From positions 9,788 through 73,787 of IMG/VR virus record IMGVR_UViG_2974646641_000001: a stretch of DNA of 64,000 bases; one strand, 5' to 3'. Positions 1-10,275 of the stretch are shown here, one piece after another (position 1 is the stretch's first letter; the number at the start of each line of letters is the position of its first letter). The stretch comes from a virus (Duplodnaviria > Caudoviricetes). Under the pieces are notes generated by a model. It did no database searches and was not told the DNA's origin. It worked only from the letters and a program-made list of their open reading frames with translations. The position numbers and the translations under genes were made by a program.

Positions 1-52
1 ACCATTATGAATTATGGTAGAAACTTCTCAATCTAGTTAGTGGGGTGATAAG

Positions 53-472
53 ATGGCAAATAAGGTTGACCTATGGCGTTACAAAGAAAAGTTAGAACTT
101 GGCACAAACGACTCGTGGGTAGAGCTTGACAACGGAAACATTATCAACTCTGGAGCTGATATTAATGACGATACATTTGATGTTAAGTATACTTTTCATT
201 GCGCACAATATCGAGTATCAGATAGAAATATTACGAGTGTTGACGGAATGAATGATGAAGATACAATCGTGGTTGCCGTTAAACACAGACCAAACTTTGA
301 CTATGATAGTTACCGAGCTAGATTTAGAAAGAAGTATTATATCGTAACCTACATCGTACCAGATACCGCCGCAATCGTATCGTATGACTTATTATCACTA
401 AAATCAGTCATTAAGAACGGTGGTTCATCTGGTGCTTCCGATTCATTTGGGGGTGGCACATTTGGCGACTAA
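53..472 (+). CDS. putative head-tail joining (head closure) protein
   Basis: 139 aa; position upstream of tail-completion and major tail genes; GGGGTG RBS. Confidence 0.6.
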   Translation: MANKVDLWRYKEKLELGTNDSWVELDNGNIINSGADINDDTFDVKYTFHCAQYRVSDRNITSVDGMNDEDTIVVAVKHRPNFDYDSYRARFRKKYYIVTYIVPDTAAIVSYDLLSLKSVIKNGGSSGASDSFGGGTFGD

Positions 473-914
473 AAAGCAATTAGTCACTAGCGGATTAGGT
501 TCAATTGAGGTAACTGGTGAAGACGAATTATTAAGGCAGTTAGATAAGCTTAAATTAACCCGTAAAGAACGTTCAGCTATTGTTGAAGCCGCTATTCCGA
601 TTGCCGAAAAACACTTGTATGATTGCACGCCTTATGATGAATTTGAAGATATTCGTAACAAAAAACTATACGGAAAATCAATCGGGCACTTGCGTGACCA
701 TATCACACATAAACCGAACCAATTTATTGATGGCGGCACTGAATTAGGGTTTGAGCAAAAGGCTTATCCAATTGCTGTCTGGACTGATTGGGGAACATAT
801 CGTCAGCCTGCACAGTTCTGGTTTGAAAAGTCCGTTGAAACCATGCCATATGACCAAATCTTTGCCGCACAAACTCAAACGGCTAAGGCTATTTTAAAGG
901 CAAAGGGGTTGTAA
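462..914 (+). CDS. HK97 gp10-like tail component
   Basis: HLRDHI, GF..KAY.IAVWTDWGT.RQPAQFWFEKS motifs; probable TTG start at 462 after GGGGGTGG. Confidence 0.65.
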   Translation: MATKKQLVTSGLGSIEVTGEDELLRQLDKLKLTRKERSAIVEAAIPIAEKHLYDCTPYDEFEDIRNKKLYGKSIGHLRDHITHKPNQFIDGGTELGFEQKAYPIAVWTDWGTYRQPAQFWFEKSVETMPYDQIFAAQTQTAKAILKAKGL

Positions 915-917
915 GAT

Positions 918-1295
918 TTGATTTCAAATGACGTTAAACAATTAATCAGGGACGCCAACATTGATGGAATTGACTCTGACTACGTTTTTGCGTATGGTCT
1001 TCCTGACCGTGTTAAGGCGTCAGTTCAGAATAAAATAGTCATTTTAGTAAATGATATTTCACGGATTCCTAGCAAATTTGGTAGCGATGATATAATCGCT
1101 GATGATGGTACGGTACAGGTACAGTTCTTTTACCCACTAAGTATCAAGGGTGATGTCACAGCTTTATATGAGCACCCTGTTCGTAACATGCTACGACATA
1201 ATGGTTGGTATCAAACAATTGGTGGCGGTGTTGACCGTGAACCAAAGACTTCACAACTTTACTCAACCTATCACTTTAAGAAAACTATTTATTAA
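918..1295 (+). CDS. putative tail terminator/completion protein
   Basis: 125 aa; VQVQFFY strand; directly upstream of major tail gene. Confidence 0.6.
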   Translation: MISNDVKQLIRDANIDGIDSDYVFAYGLPDRVKASVQNKIVILVNDISRIPSKFGSDDIIADDGTVQVQFFYPLSIKGDVTALYEHPVRNMLRHNGWYQTIGGGVDREPKTSQLYSTYHFKKTIY

Positions 1296-1316
1296 AAAAG
1301 AAAGAGGTAATCAATA

Positions 1317-1934
1317 ATGGCAAAAACCAAAGGTATTGACAGCGCTCGGCTTGCTATTTTTCAAACAGACAAGGAACAAGTTAATACGACAAACACAGCA
1401 ATTGGTACGACTGGTGTATACACGTTAGACTCAACTACCGCACAAGGTATGACGGTCGGCAATATTACTGGTCTTACTCCAACGATGACTAAGATTTACG
1501 GTTCTGACATGGTTGTTGAAACGTCTGGTAAAGGTGTTGGGTCTGTTCAAGCAACTGTTGGTGCTAACGATATTCCAGAAGACATCATTGACGCTATTAC
1601 TGGTGTTGACAATGAAAAAGGTTTCTCTGTTGTTACATCAGATACTCGTGCGCCATATTCAGTTATTGAATTTATCACCCACGGCCGTTTGAACAACAAA
1701 TTACACTTCGCCTTATTGAAAGGTACTTTCGGTCTGGAAGAACACAACATGCAAACGAACACCGAATCAGAACAATTGGCACCAGACTCATTGACGTTTA
1801 CTGGTGTTAACCGTCAATCTGATAAGGCCGCTTATGCTAAAGGTGACGAAGCTAAGGACACTTTCAAGATTGAAGATTGGACTAACTTCGTATTTCCGGG
1901 TAATGCTGTTGCGAGTAGCGGCTCCCACGCCTAA
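1317..1934 (+). CDS. major tail protein (phi13-like)
   Basis: 205 aa; KIYGSD, FALLKGTF, DSLTF motifs; AGAGG RBS; synteny. Confidence 0.85.
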   Translation: MAKTKGIDSARLAIFQTDKEQVNTTNTAIGTTGVYTLDSTTAQGMTVGNITGLTPTMTKIYGSDMVVETSGKGVGSVQATVGANDIPEDIIDAITGVDNEKGFSVVTSDTRAPYSVIEFITHGRLNNKLHFALLKGTFGLEEHNMQTNTESEQLAPDSLTFTGVNRQSDKAAYAKGDEAKDTFKIEDWTNFVFPGNAVASSGSHA

Positions 1935-1992
1935 ATTAGCTAAGGTTACTCCTAGTGTGAGTAATGTAACAATTGAAACTGAATAATCACCT

Positions 1993-2020
1993 ACATACCC
2001 CGTCTGGGGTGTGTGTACAT
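1993..2020 (+). promoter_or_regulatory. intergenic hairpin flanked by two TACAT sites
   Basis: catacccc-gtct-ggggtgtg stem-loop; TACAT at 1992-1996 and 2016-2020. Confidence 0.6.
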
Positions 2021-2061
2021 ATCCAAAAATAAAATATTAGATGAAAGACGAGGAGATTCAC

Positions 2062-2460
2062 ATGACTGTCAAAATCAATGCAAAAGACTTAGGTATTCGC
2101 AAGCCCGTCGAAGTAAACGAAACCAACAAAAATATCAAAAAGACGTTAAAGGTGCAAATGAAGTTGGAAGCGTTAGGTAACATTGACGCCGAAAACATGA
2201 CTGATGAGGAAGCTTATAGTGTGTTCTTGAAGAACCAGTACGAAGCTAACGAAGCAACCACCGAATATATTGCTGACATGTTGCGTTTATCAGAATCACA
2301 AATTGATAAACTAGAAGACTTGGATTCAGACAAGACCGATGAGTTGTTCGCTCAAATCATTCAAAAGGTTATGCACATTGACCAGATTGTGGACGGTGAC
2401 GAAGACGACAGTACGCCCAGCGGAACCGCAGACGTTTCAGGAAACGCTGGACGAGATTAA
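2062..2460 (+). CDS. tail assembly chaperone (gpG-like)
   Basis: acidic helical protein between MTP and TMP; GAGGAG RBS before ATG 2062. Confidence 0.75.
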   Translation: MTVKINAKDLGIRKPVEVNETNKNIKKTLKVQMKLEALGNIDAENMTDEEAYSVFLKNQYEANEATTEYIADMLRLSESQIDKLEDLDSDKTDELFAQIIQKVMHIDQIVDGDEDDSTPSGTADVSGNAGRD

Positions 2461-2638
2461 TCGTCTTGAAAAAGCATTAGTTGCTCAAAAGCAAGACACG
2501 TTCAACAACCTAGAGGAAACCAATTATTTTGATTTACTAGAAATGCTATCTGTTGATGATAACAGCGATGGTTCTAGTTCTGACGATGAGGTAGTTCCTT
2601 TGGGGTACTGGTTAGAAGATAACATTGCCGAGGGGTAA
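2417..2638 (+). CDS. tail assembly chaperone extension (gpT-like), probably reached by frameshift
   Basis: open +1 frame overlapping the gpG 3' end; no RBS-linked start; ETNYFDLLEML segment. Confidence 0.6.
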   Translation, partial: PAEPQTFQETLDEINRLEKALVAQKQDTFNNLEETNYFDLLEMLSVDDNSDGSSSDDEVVPLGYWLEDNIAEG

Positions 2639-2668
2639 TGTTATTGTTTTTACTTATTTTTGTTGGTT

Positions 2669-2695
2669 AAGTTCGCTTTGGCGGGCTTGTTTTTT
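2669..2695 (+). terminator. intrinsic terminator-like hairpin before tape measure gene
   Basis: aagttcgc-tttg-gcgggctt then gtttttt. Confidence 0.5.
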
Positions 2696-2712
2696 GCAAG
2701 GAGGGTTTTTAA

Positions 2713-5700
2713 ATGAAACAGGCCGCATATGGTAGCTTAACATATAATGTTAATATTAACGATACCAAGGCTCAATCAAGCCTGCGTACGTTAAAAGGAG
2801 CTATCCGCTCCACAGGCCACGAATGGCGCTCTAACGCTTCTGCAATGCAAGCCGCTGGTGACAGTGCAAGTGCTCTGGAAGCCAAGATAACAGGACTTAA
2901 TAAAGAAATTGAGCTACAATCTGATTACAACAAGCGTTTAGCTGACGCCTTAAAACATGCCAATGCTCAAACTGACAAGGAAAAACTTGCGGTTATGCGC
3001 TGGACGAACGAATTAACCCGAAGTAATGCGGCGTTGAAACGGCGTCAAAGCGAATTGGCAAGTGCGCGTGCCGCTGAAATCAGATTCTCAACTGGTATCG
3101 ACAAGGCTAAAACCTCACATAAAGCTTATACCAGTGCGATTGAGGCAAACGAAAAGGCTTTACTAGCAGAGGGCAAAGAGGAACAAGCAAGCGCTAAACA
3201 TAAACAACTATTGGCGGCCAAGACATCTGCTTTAAAAGATGAACTCGGTCGTGAGGAAAAGGCATTCAAGGCGTTAAAATCTAGTGCTAGTTCATCTAAT
3301 GTTGATATTAACAAACAGTCTGCCGTTGTATCAAAAGCTCGCGAAGCTTATGCTAGGGCCCGTGAGGAACAGCGTAAGTATTCTACCGGCTTGCACAAGA
3401 TGGAACAGTATTCTAAGTCAACTGCGGAAATATCACAGTCGCTTGCTTCAAGATTGCGAGCGGAGGGTAAGGGCTACTCTGCAATGGCGGTAGAATTGAA
3501 GTCATTAATTAGTTCTCGCAAGGGCCTAATGGCTCAATACAAGGCCGAAGCGTCTGAGTTGGCGTTAGTCAAAAAACGTTCCGGCGAAACAAGTGCGGCT
3601 TATTCAACGCAAGCTAAGAAGGTCAACGAACTAGGTGCGAAAATTGGGGCAACAGAATCAAAAATCCGTTCTTTAAACAAGCGTGTTGGCCTATCTGGTA
3701 CAGCGATAAATTCATTTAGCGACAAAATTGGTGGTATGCAGAAAAAATATTCTGGTGTTGCCACTGCGATGTCTGCTGTTTCTCGTGGTACTGGTTATGC
3801 AACCTTAGGGCTTGCCGCTGTGACCAAGCAAGGCGTTTCGATGGCAACCTCTCTACAATCTTCTTTTGTGAAGACTAAAAACTTAATTGTTAAGTCTAAT
3901 ACAGAAGGTACTGGCGAGATTAATCGTAACCTTGCAAAGATGAAATCAAATGCTCAATCATATTCTAAGGAGTATGGATTGACACAACAAAAGATTGCCG
4001 ATGGCTATCAAGACTTAATCAAGCGTGGTTATAGTTCAGCACAAGCGTTAGGTTCAATGAAGACATTAGTTAAAGGTGCTATCGCCACTGGTGATGACTT
4101 TAATGATGTCACAGCCGTTTCTACACAGACTTTGGAATCATTCGGTCTAAGAGCTAAATCTACCGCTCAAATGGCTAAGAATACGTCTAAGGTTGTTAAC
4201 GAGATGGCCTACGCCGCCGATATGACGGCTACCGATTTCCAAAGCTTGGGTAAAGGTATGGAATATGTCGGTAACACGGCCCATCAAGCAGGGTTTAGTA
4301 TCTCCGAAACTGCTAGTGCCATGGGTATTTTATCGAACAACGGTTTGGAATCTGACAAAGCTGGTACTGGACTACGTAAGACGATTAACTCATTGGTATC
4401 TCCTACTGATAACGCTACTGGCGCTTTGAAGAAATTAGGGTTATCAACAAGTAGTTTTACAGATAAGAATGGTAAGATGAAGTCGATGTCGGAAATCTTC
4501 GGCATTTTGAATCGTCACATGAAGGGCTTATCTGGTCACGACCGTACTGATGTATTCCACGCAATCTTTGGCACAACTGGTCAGCAAGCCGGTGGTATCT
4601 TAACCGATAATTATAAATCACTTGGAAAACTTAATGACGAGGTTGCTAGGTCTGCGAAGAACGATTATATTGGTGGTTTATCTGCAAAGAACATGGAAAC
4701 TGCGCAGAATCAGTTTAACAAGTTTAAGGTTACTTTTCAAGCTTTAGAGATTGAGTTTGCAAACGTATTACTTCCATATTTAACCAAAGGCGCTAAGGCG
4801 CTGACTGGATTAATGGATAAGTTTGATAAGCTAAGTCCTTCCGCTAAAAAAGCCGCCGGAGCAACGCTTCTATTAGTTCCAGCAATTAGTGCTGTTACTG
4901 GTGTAATCGCCGCTTTCATTCGGAACTCAGGGACAATCGCGACTGTTATTTCTAAGTTGTTTAGCACGTCTAAGGTTAAAACTGCCAGTTCAAGTAAATC
5001 CGCCATAGCCGCAATTAACGAACAAACGGCCGCTGTTAAAGCTCTTTCTGCGGCATGGGGAGAAGCTGGACGAGCCGCCGGAGCAGAAGCAGAGGAAGCC
5101 GGTGCCGGAGTTGGCGGCGGTTCTAAAGGAAAAGCTGGAAAGACAGCTTCCGAAGTGGAGTCAGTTGGCACTCGCGAAGAATATAAGGCGGCTAAGAAGT
5201 CTGGTTCCAAGACATCTATTCTGAAACGTATGGCCAAGGGACAGACAACCACAGAAGACGCCGAAGCCATCTCATCAAGAGTTGGCAAAATTGGCACTAC
5301 TGGTTCTAAGCTAGGGAAAATAGCTAGAGGCACTGGTAGTGTTCTTAAACGTGTTCCATGGTTACAAACTGGGTTAGCCGCCATGAATCTTATCGGTATC
5401 AACAAGAAGAACGCCGGCCAGAAGGTTGGTTCCACTGCTGGTCAATTAGGTGGTACAATTGGTGGCGGTGCTATTGGTACTGGCCTTGGGGGCCTAATCG
5501 GTGGTGGACTCGGAACTTTCTTTGGCCCAGCAGGAACAGTCGCTGGTGCTAAGATTGGTTCTACTGTTGGTGGACTTGCTGGTAGCTTATTTGGTGGTTC
5601 TAAGGGCCAAGATTGGGGTGGACAATTAGGTAAGAAGATTCAGAAGTCTTTAAAGAACTTCAAAATGCCTAAGATGTCAACCGTCACTAAGTCAATCGGT

Positions 5701-8376
5701 GATTGGTTTGGTGGTATTGGTAAGTGGATTAGTAAGCTAAAGCTACCAAGTATTAATTTTGGTAAAATGTTTAAAGGATTTAAACTTCCTAACATTGGGA
5801 AGATGTTTAAAAACTTCAAACTGCCTAAAATTAGTGGAATTGGTAAGTGGTTTAGCGGATTGTTCAAAGGGCTTAAAATGCCTAGTTTAAGTAGTCTTGG
5901 CAAATCAATCGGTTCAGCATTTAGTAAGATGTTCTCTGGTCTTGGCAAAACAGGTATCGGAAAATCAATCTCTAAAATGCTGGCCGGTGTTGGTAAAACC
6001 ATGTCAGGCTGGGCTAAGGGGATTGGTAAGTTCTTTGCCCCGGCTGTTAAGGCAATTCAAACACCTTTTAAGAAAATTGGTAAGTGGTTTAAGACCAGCC
6101 CAGTTGGTAAGTCAATTGTAACTATTGGTAAAGATATTGCCGGCGTAGTCAAGGGTATTGGTAAGTTTATTGCCGCCCTAGGAGCAATTGCCGGAAAGTT
6201 AGCCGCAATCGGTTTAGTCAAGTTATTTAAAGGAATTGGCAAGGCTCTTGGAGGCATGGGCAAAATCTTCTCTAAGGTCGGCAAGACAATTGGAAGATGG
6301 GCTAAGGGTGTTCGTAAGACCATTGACAATATGGTTAAACCAATTCAAAAAACGATGGGTAAAATCGGTAAAGGCATTTCTAAGGCATGGAGTGGCGCTT
6401 TAAAGACTGTCACAAAATTTGTTAAGAATATGTACCACACCGCCACTAAATGGATTGGAAAATTAGTAAGTCCACTGGCTAAAACTTGGCATTCCATCTC
6501 TAAAACTGCTGAAAAATGGTGGAAGAACATATCAGGAACTGTTGGTCGCTGGGTTCATAATCTCTACAAAACTGCCACTAAATGGATTGGAAGGCTGTTA
6601 AGTCCCGTAGCTAAGGCTTGGAAGTCAATTTCCAAAACTGCTGGTAGATGGTGGAAATCTATCTCCAATGCGATTGGTAGTTGGGCTCACAAAATCTACA
6701 AAAATGTGACTAAGTGGTTCAGAAACTTGCTGTCACCAGTTGCCAGAGCATGGAAAAATGTATCTAAAACCATCGGCGGCTGGATTAAGGGTATTTGGAA
6801 AAATATCTCTAAATTCGGTAACAATATGGCAAGCTTCTTTAAAAAGCTTCCGGGGCGGATTTCCGGCGCACTAAAAGGTGCATGGCATGGTATCTGGAAC
6901 GCAATGGCCGGAATTGTTAACAACGGTGTTATTCACCCTGTTGTTAAAGGTTGGAATGCCGTTGCCGGAGCCATTAACGGTGTCGAAAAGAAAATTGGTG
7001 TTGGCAAGAGCTTTAGACTTAGCACAGCTAGTTACGGTTCGGCTAAGCTAAGCACCTATGCCAATGGTACTCCGGGAGGGCCAGCGTTAGTAAATGACGC
7101 TAAGTCTAAATACTGGCGCGAAGCTTACAAGCTTCCAGATGGCCGCATGGGTATGTTCCCTAATAAGCGTAACATTATAGTTAACCTTCCAAAAGGAACT
7201 GAAATTGCCAAAGGTGAGGACGCTAGAATGGTTCAGCCTTACCTAGAACACACTGGTGGTAAAATCCCGGCCTTTGCTTCTGCTACTGGCTGGTTAGATG
7301 GTATCGGCAGTGCTATCGGCGGTGCTGTGCACGGTGTCGGTAATTGGTTCTCTGGAGTTGAAACTAAGGCTTCTAAGCTTATTGATAATTTAGGCAAGAT
7401 GATTAAGTCACCTGCTAAATATCTATCTGCTATGATTGCTTCACCATTAAACGCTTTAGCAAAAGGCGGTGGCATAGCCGCTAAAGCCGTTGGCATGACT
7501 GGTGACATTGTTGTCAACTCTCTTACTAGCTGGTTCAAAAAGATGTTAAAAGCAGGCCAAGATGAACAACTTGTCGGCAACGTCAAGCTTGGTGGTAGCG
7601 TTGCTTCACGTGCTCGTGCGTTAGCTAAAGCATTCAAGCAAGGTTATCCTGCTTCTAACAACGGTGGTATTGCCGGTATCTTAGGTAACTGGATTCAAGA
7701 ATCTAACTTGAACCCTTCCGCTGTCAACTCTAGTGACCATGGTACTGGTTTGGGGCAATGGACGTTCACTCGTGAAACTGGATTAAGAAATTGGTTACGT
7801 AAGCACGGTTACGCATGGAACTCCGCCGCTGGTCAAATTGGCTATGCCTTGAATGAACCCGGCGCAAACGGAATGCTAAAGGCTGTATTGAGAATGACAA
7901 ATCCTACTGCCGCGGCTCAAAAGTTCTTCGCAACTTGGGAGTCTGGCGGTAACATGGACGCTTCTGGTGGTGCTCGTTTGAGTAACGCTTCTGCTGTATA
8001 CCGCTACATTAAGGGTATGGAGAACGGTGGTCTTGTTGATAAAGCTCAAATGATTAACATTGCGGAACACAACAAACCAGAAATGGTTGTGTCTTTGACC
8101 AACAAAGACGCCGCAATTCGTCAATTGAAGCAATCAATTAGCTACCTTGAGAGTGGTAACACCGCCACTAACGTGAATACTCAAAATACGTCGTCTGCTG
8201 ATAGTCAAGCAATTGAACAAATTGCAACTGCTATCCAGCAAACTAACGCATTATTGCAAGCTATTCTGTCATCAAGCAATACCCCGAACGTCGCAGTTCT
8301 TGCTTCTCAAAGCGTTGTGGATTCAGTTAACAATGCTCGTCTTGCAAAAGATAGATACAACAAAATGTTGAATTAG
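2713..8376 (+). CDS. tape measure protein with C-terminal tail-lysozyme domain
   Basis: 1887 aa; TP901-type TMP core (AYAADMTATD, MGILSNNGLESDKAGT); Trp-periodic repeats; C-terminal ILGNWIQES...GLGQWT. Confidence 0.95.
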   Translation: MKQAAYGSLTYNVNINDTKAQSSLRTLKGAIRSTGHEWRSNASAMQAAGDSASALEAKITGLNKEIELQSDYNKRLADALKHANAQTDKEKLAVMRWTNELTRSNAALKRRQSELASARAAEIRFSTGIDKAKTSHKAYTSAIEANEKALLAEGKEEQASAKHKQLLAAKTSALKDELGREEKAFKALKSSASSSNVDINKQSAVVSKAREAYARAREEQRKYSTGLHKMEQYSKSTAEISQSLASRLRAEGKGYSAMAVELKSLISSRKGLMAQYKAEASELALVKKRSGETSAAYSTQAKKVNELGAKIGATESKIRSLNKRVGLSGTAINSFSDKIGGMQKKYSGVATAMSAVSRGTGYATLGLAAVTKQGVSMATSLQSSFVKTKNLIVKSNTEGTGEINRNLAKMKSNAQSYSKEYGLTQQKIADGYQDLIKRGYSSAQALGSMKTLVKGAIATGDDFNDVTAVSTQTLESFGLRAKSTAQMAKNTSKVVNEMAYAADMTATDFQSLGKGMEYVGNTAHQAGFSISETASAMGILSNNGLESDKAGTGLRKTINSLVSPTDNATGALKKLGLSTSSFTDKNGKMKSMSEIFGILNRHMKGLSGHDRTDVFHAIFGTTGQQAGGILTDNYKSLGKLNDEVARSAKNDYIGGLSAKNMETAQNQFNKFKVTFQALEIEFANVLLPYLTKGAKALTGLMDKFDKLSPSAKKAAGATLLLVPAISAVTGVIAAFIRNSGTIATVISKLFSTSKVKTASSSKSAIAAINEQTAAVKALSAAWGEAGRAAGAEAEEAGAGVGGGSKGKAGKTASEVESVGTREEYKAAKKSGSKTSILKRMAKGQTTTEDAEAISSRVGKIGTTGSKLGKIARGTGSVLKRVPWLQTGLAAMNLIGINKKNAGQKVGSTAGQLGGTIGGGAIGTGLGGLIGGGLGTFFGPAGTVAGAKIGSTVGGLAGSLFGGSKGQDWGGQLGKKIQKSLKNFKMPKMSTVTKSIGDWFGGIGKWISKLKLPSINFGKMFKGFKLPNIGKMFKNFKLPKISGIGKWFSGLFKGLKMPSLSSLGKSIGSAFSKMFSGLGKTGIGKSISKMLAGVGKTMSGWAKGIGKFFAPAVKAIQTPFKKIGKWFKTSPVGKSIVTIGKDIAGVVKGIGKFIAALGAIAGKLAAIGLVKLFKGIGKALGGMGKIFSKVGKTIGRWAKGVRKTIDNMVKPIQKTMGKIGKGISKAWSGALKTVTKFVKNMYHTATKWIGKLVSPLAKTWHSISKTAEKWWKNISGTVGRWVHNLYKTATKWIGRLLSPVAKAWKSISKTAGRWWKSISNAIGSWAHKIYKNVTKWFRNLLSPVARAWKNVSKTIGGWIKGIWKNISKFGNNMASFFKKLPGRISGALKGAWHGIWNAMAGIVNNGVIHPVVKGWNAVAGAINGVEKKIGVGKSFRLSTASYGSAKLSTYANGTPGGPALVNDAKSKYWREAYKLPDGRMGMFPNKRNIIVNLPKGTEIAKGEDARMVQPYLEHTGGKIPAFASATGWLDGIGSAIGGAVHGVGNWFSGVETKASKLIDNLGKMIKSPAKYLSAMIASPLNALAKGGGIAAKAVGMTGDIVVNSLTSWFKKMLKAGQDEQLVGNVKLGGSVASRARALAKAFKQGYPASNNGGIAGILGNWIQESNLNPSAVNSSDHGTGLGQWTFTRETGLRNWLRKHGYAWNSAAGQIGYALNEPGANGMLKAVLRMTNPTAAAQKFFATWESGGNMDASGGARLSNASAVYRYIKGMENGGLVDKAQMINIAEHNKPEMVVSLTNKDAAIRQLKQSISYLESGNTATNVNTQNTSSADSQAIEQIATAIQQTNALLQAILSSSNTPNVAVLASQSVVDSVNNARLAKDRYNKMLN
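6439..6834 (+). repeat. three 132-bp (44 aa) tandem repeats inside TMP
   Basis: TATKWIG...SP.AK.W..ISKT unit starting at 6439, 6571, 6703. Confidence 0.8.
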
Positions 8377-8380
8377 CACC

Positions 8381-8415
8381 ATATTTGGGGGCCACACCCC
8401 CAAATATACATACAT
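8381..8415 (+). promoter_or_regulatory. intergenic hairpin + TACATACAT
   Basis: perfect 11-bp stem atatttggggg/cccccaaatat, loop ccaca; TACAT at 8407 and 8411. Confidence 0.7.
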
Positions 8416-8437
8416 CATTAACATAGGAGGTAATATA

Positions 8438-10222
8438 ATGGCGTTAAAGAATGATGAATTCAGTATCGGTGGATTGAACAGCCGCTCCGACTTACATGTT
8501 ATTATGGGTATGGTGTTGCCACCGATTGCCCCAACAATGTCAGAGTTATCGACAGATATTCCCGCTAAATACGGTAACTATTTTGGCGGAATTGATTATA
8601 CATCAAAAACAATTAACATTCCAATTACGATAATGGCTCCACATAACTCACAATCATATATAGACTACGCGCAAACCTTGGCCGGGTTGTTATTAACAGA
8701 CAATCCAGACAACAACCAAGAATTACCATTGGTATTTGGTTTTCAACCAGATTTAACATATTGGGGGCACATCACTTCAATATCTGACCCGCAAGTGACA
8801 CAGGAAGGGTCTTGGGATTCGACATCAACTATCACATTCGTAATGTCTGACCCTAGAGCAACTATGCCACAGGTAGAAATGCCATTGAAAAACGGGTTAA
8901 ATGTTATAACCGTTGATGGAACTGCACAAACAGAACCAGTTATCCAAATTATTCCAAAAAGAGCGTTAAAATATGTTGGATATACTCTCAATGGCGGTAA
9001 CTATGGCGTCGGCCCAGAAGACCCAATTGACCAAGATAATGCCGTTCAAGAGTGGCAAAGTGTTATTGATGACCCCATTAACTCGATGGCTTTATGGAGT
9101 AATGGAGATGACGCATTATCACCAATAAAAACTGGGACTGCGCATGTTTTTCAAGGTAGTGCTACTATTAATGAAGACTCTGGCTCAATGATTGTTAAAA
9201 AAGTCAATGGCAAAAAGGATTATGGAACAATGCCATCTAGTTTGGCAGAAAATGATAATAAGTGGCTCGGCCCCGGCTATAAGTATAATGGTATGACTCA
9301 GTCTCTTTCGGAGTGGAGAATTAAAGCAGGAATTCATCATACTAAATGGCAAGGGGCACATCGTGGAAGGGCAATTGGTCAAATTCAACTATTATGGTTA
9401 AGCCCAAACGGAGAAACAATTGGCCATTTTGGAATTTCTGACCATGCTTATGGTGCTCGCCCAGAATGTTTTTTGCAGATTACACAGCCCGGTGGGAATT
9501 TTGACGTTGGAGATGGGACTCACAGGACTTTCTACTATGGTTATGGCCCCTCTGGGGCATTTAGCAATGATTCAGACCAATCAATTAAAATAAAAACAGG
9601 TACAAAAACAATCTCTAAGACAGTTTCCTCCCGTGCTAAGAACGGCAAAGTAACTAAGAAGACAATTAACGAAAAGGTAGATACCTACGTAACGGTTCAA
9701 AACAGGAGAGAGTACAGTGCGTTGTCCGACGCGTGGTTATTTTTAGATTTATCATATTATGATAATGAATATCACTATTCAATTACTCAACATAATTTAG
9801 CAAACGGTCAACCATATACAAATCCTAACAAGTATTTCATCGTCAGTTCTCAACAACCAGTAAAGACAGGCACGGCTTACGATACAGCATTAGGAGGTTT
9901 TGCGATATTCTTCGGAAAAAGACCAATCACGGAAGATGTTCAAAAAATAGACTATGATGAACCGTATATGTCGTTAACCCATTTGCAAGTATTTAAACAC
10001 AATAAGGTTGATAGTAAGGATACACCAACATATATTGCGAATGCAGGATCTGAAATTATTATGGATTCAGAAGCTCAAAGAACAACGGTTGATGGGAAAA
10101 TAGAATATCCTGTTTGGTCAACAAGTTATCCAAAACTAAAGCCGGGTGTTAACTCTCTTAATATTGTTGGAGATTTAGATGACGCAAAAATGGTTCTGAA
10201 ATATTTACCAAAAAAGCTTTAG
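8438..10222 (+). CDS. distal tail protein (Dit) with large internal insertion
   Basis: N-terminal FSIGGLNS...YFGGIDY; C-terminal YPKLKPGVNSL...YLPKKL; 594 aa. Confidence 0.8.
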   Translation: MALKNDEFSIGGLNSRSDLHVIMGMVLPPIAPTMSELSTDIPAKYGNYFGGIDYTSKTINIPITIMAPHNSQSYIDYAQTLAGLLLTDNPDNNQELPLVFGFQPDLTYWGHITSISDPQVTQEGSWDSTSTITFVMSDPRATMPQVEMPLKNGLNVITVDGTAQTEPVIQIIPKRALKYVGYTLNGGNYGVGPEDPIDQDNAVQEWQSVIDDPINSMALWSNGDDALSPIKTGTAHVFQGSATINEDSGSMIVKKVNGKKDYGTMPSSLAENDNKWLGPGYKYNGMTQSLSEWRIKAGIHHTKWQGAHRGRAIGQIQLLWLSPNGETIGHFGISDHAYGARPECFLQITQPGGNFDVGDGTHRTFYYGYGPSGAFSNDSDQSIKIKTGTKTISKTVSSRAKNGKVTKKTINEKVDTYVTVQNRREYSALSDAWLFLDLSYYDNEYHYSITQHNLANGQPYTNPNKYFIVSSQQPVKTGTAYDTALGGFAIFFGKRPITEDVQKIDYDEPYMSLTHLQVFKHNKVDSKDTPTYIANAGSEIIMDSEAQRTTVDGKIEYPVWSTSYPKLKPGVNSLNIVGDLDDAKMVLKYLPKKL

Positions 10223-10227
10223 ACGGA

Positions 10228-10256
10228 ACGATAGAGAACTCCTCTATCGTACATAC
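10228..10256 (+). promoter_or_regulatory. intergenic hairpin + TACATAC
   Basis: perfect 9-bp stem acgatagag/ctctatcgt, loop aactc; TACAT at 10250. Confidence 0.7.
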
Positions 10257-10275
10257 ACAAGAGGAGGTATTGTTA

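Noticed and set aside
3126-7637. Many antisense ORFs inside the tape measure gene
   Set aside because: Shadow frames of a long biased-codon gene; no RBS or promoters
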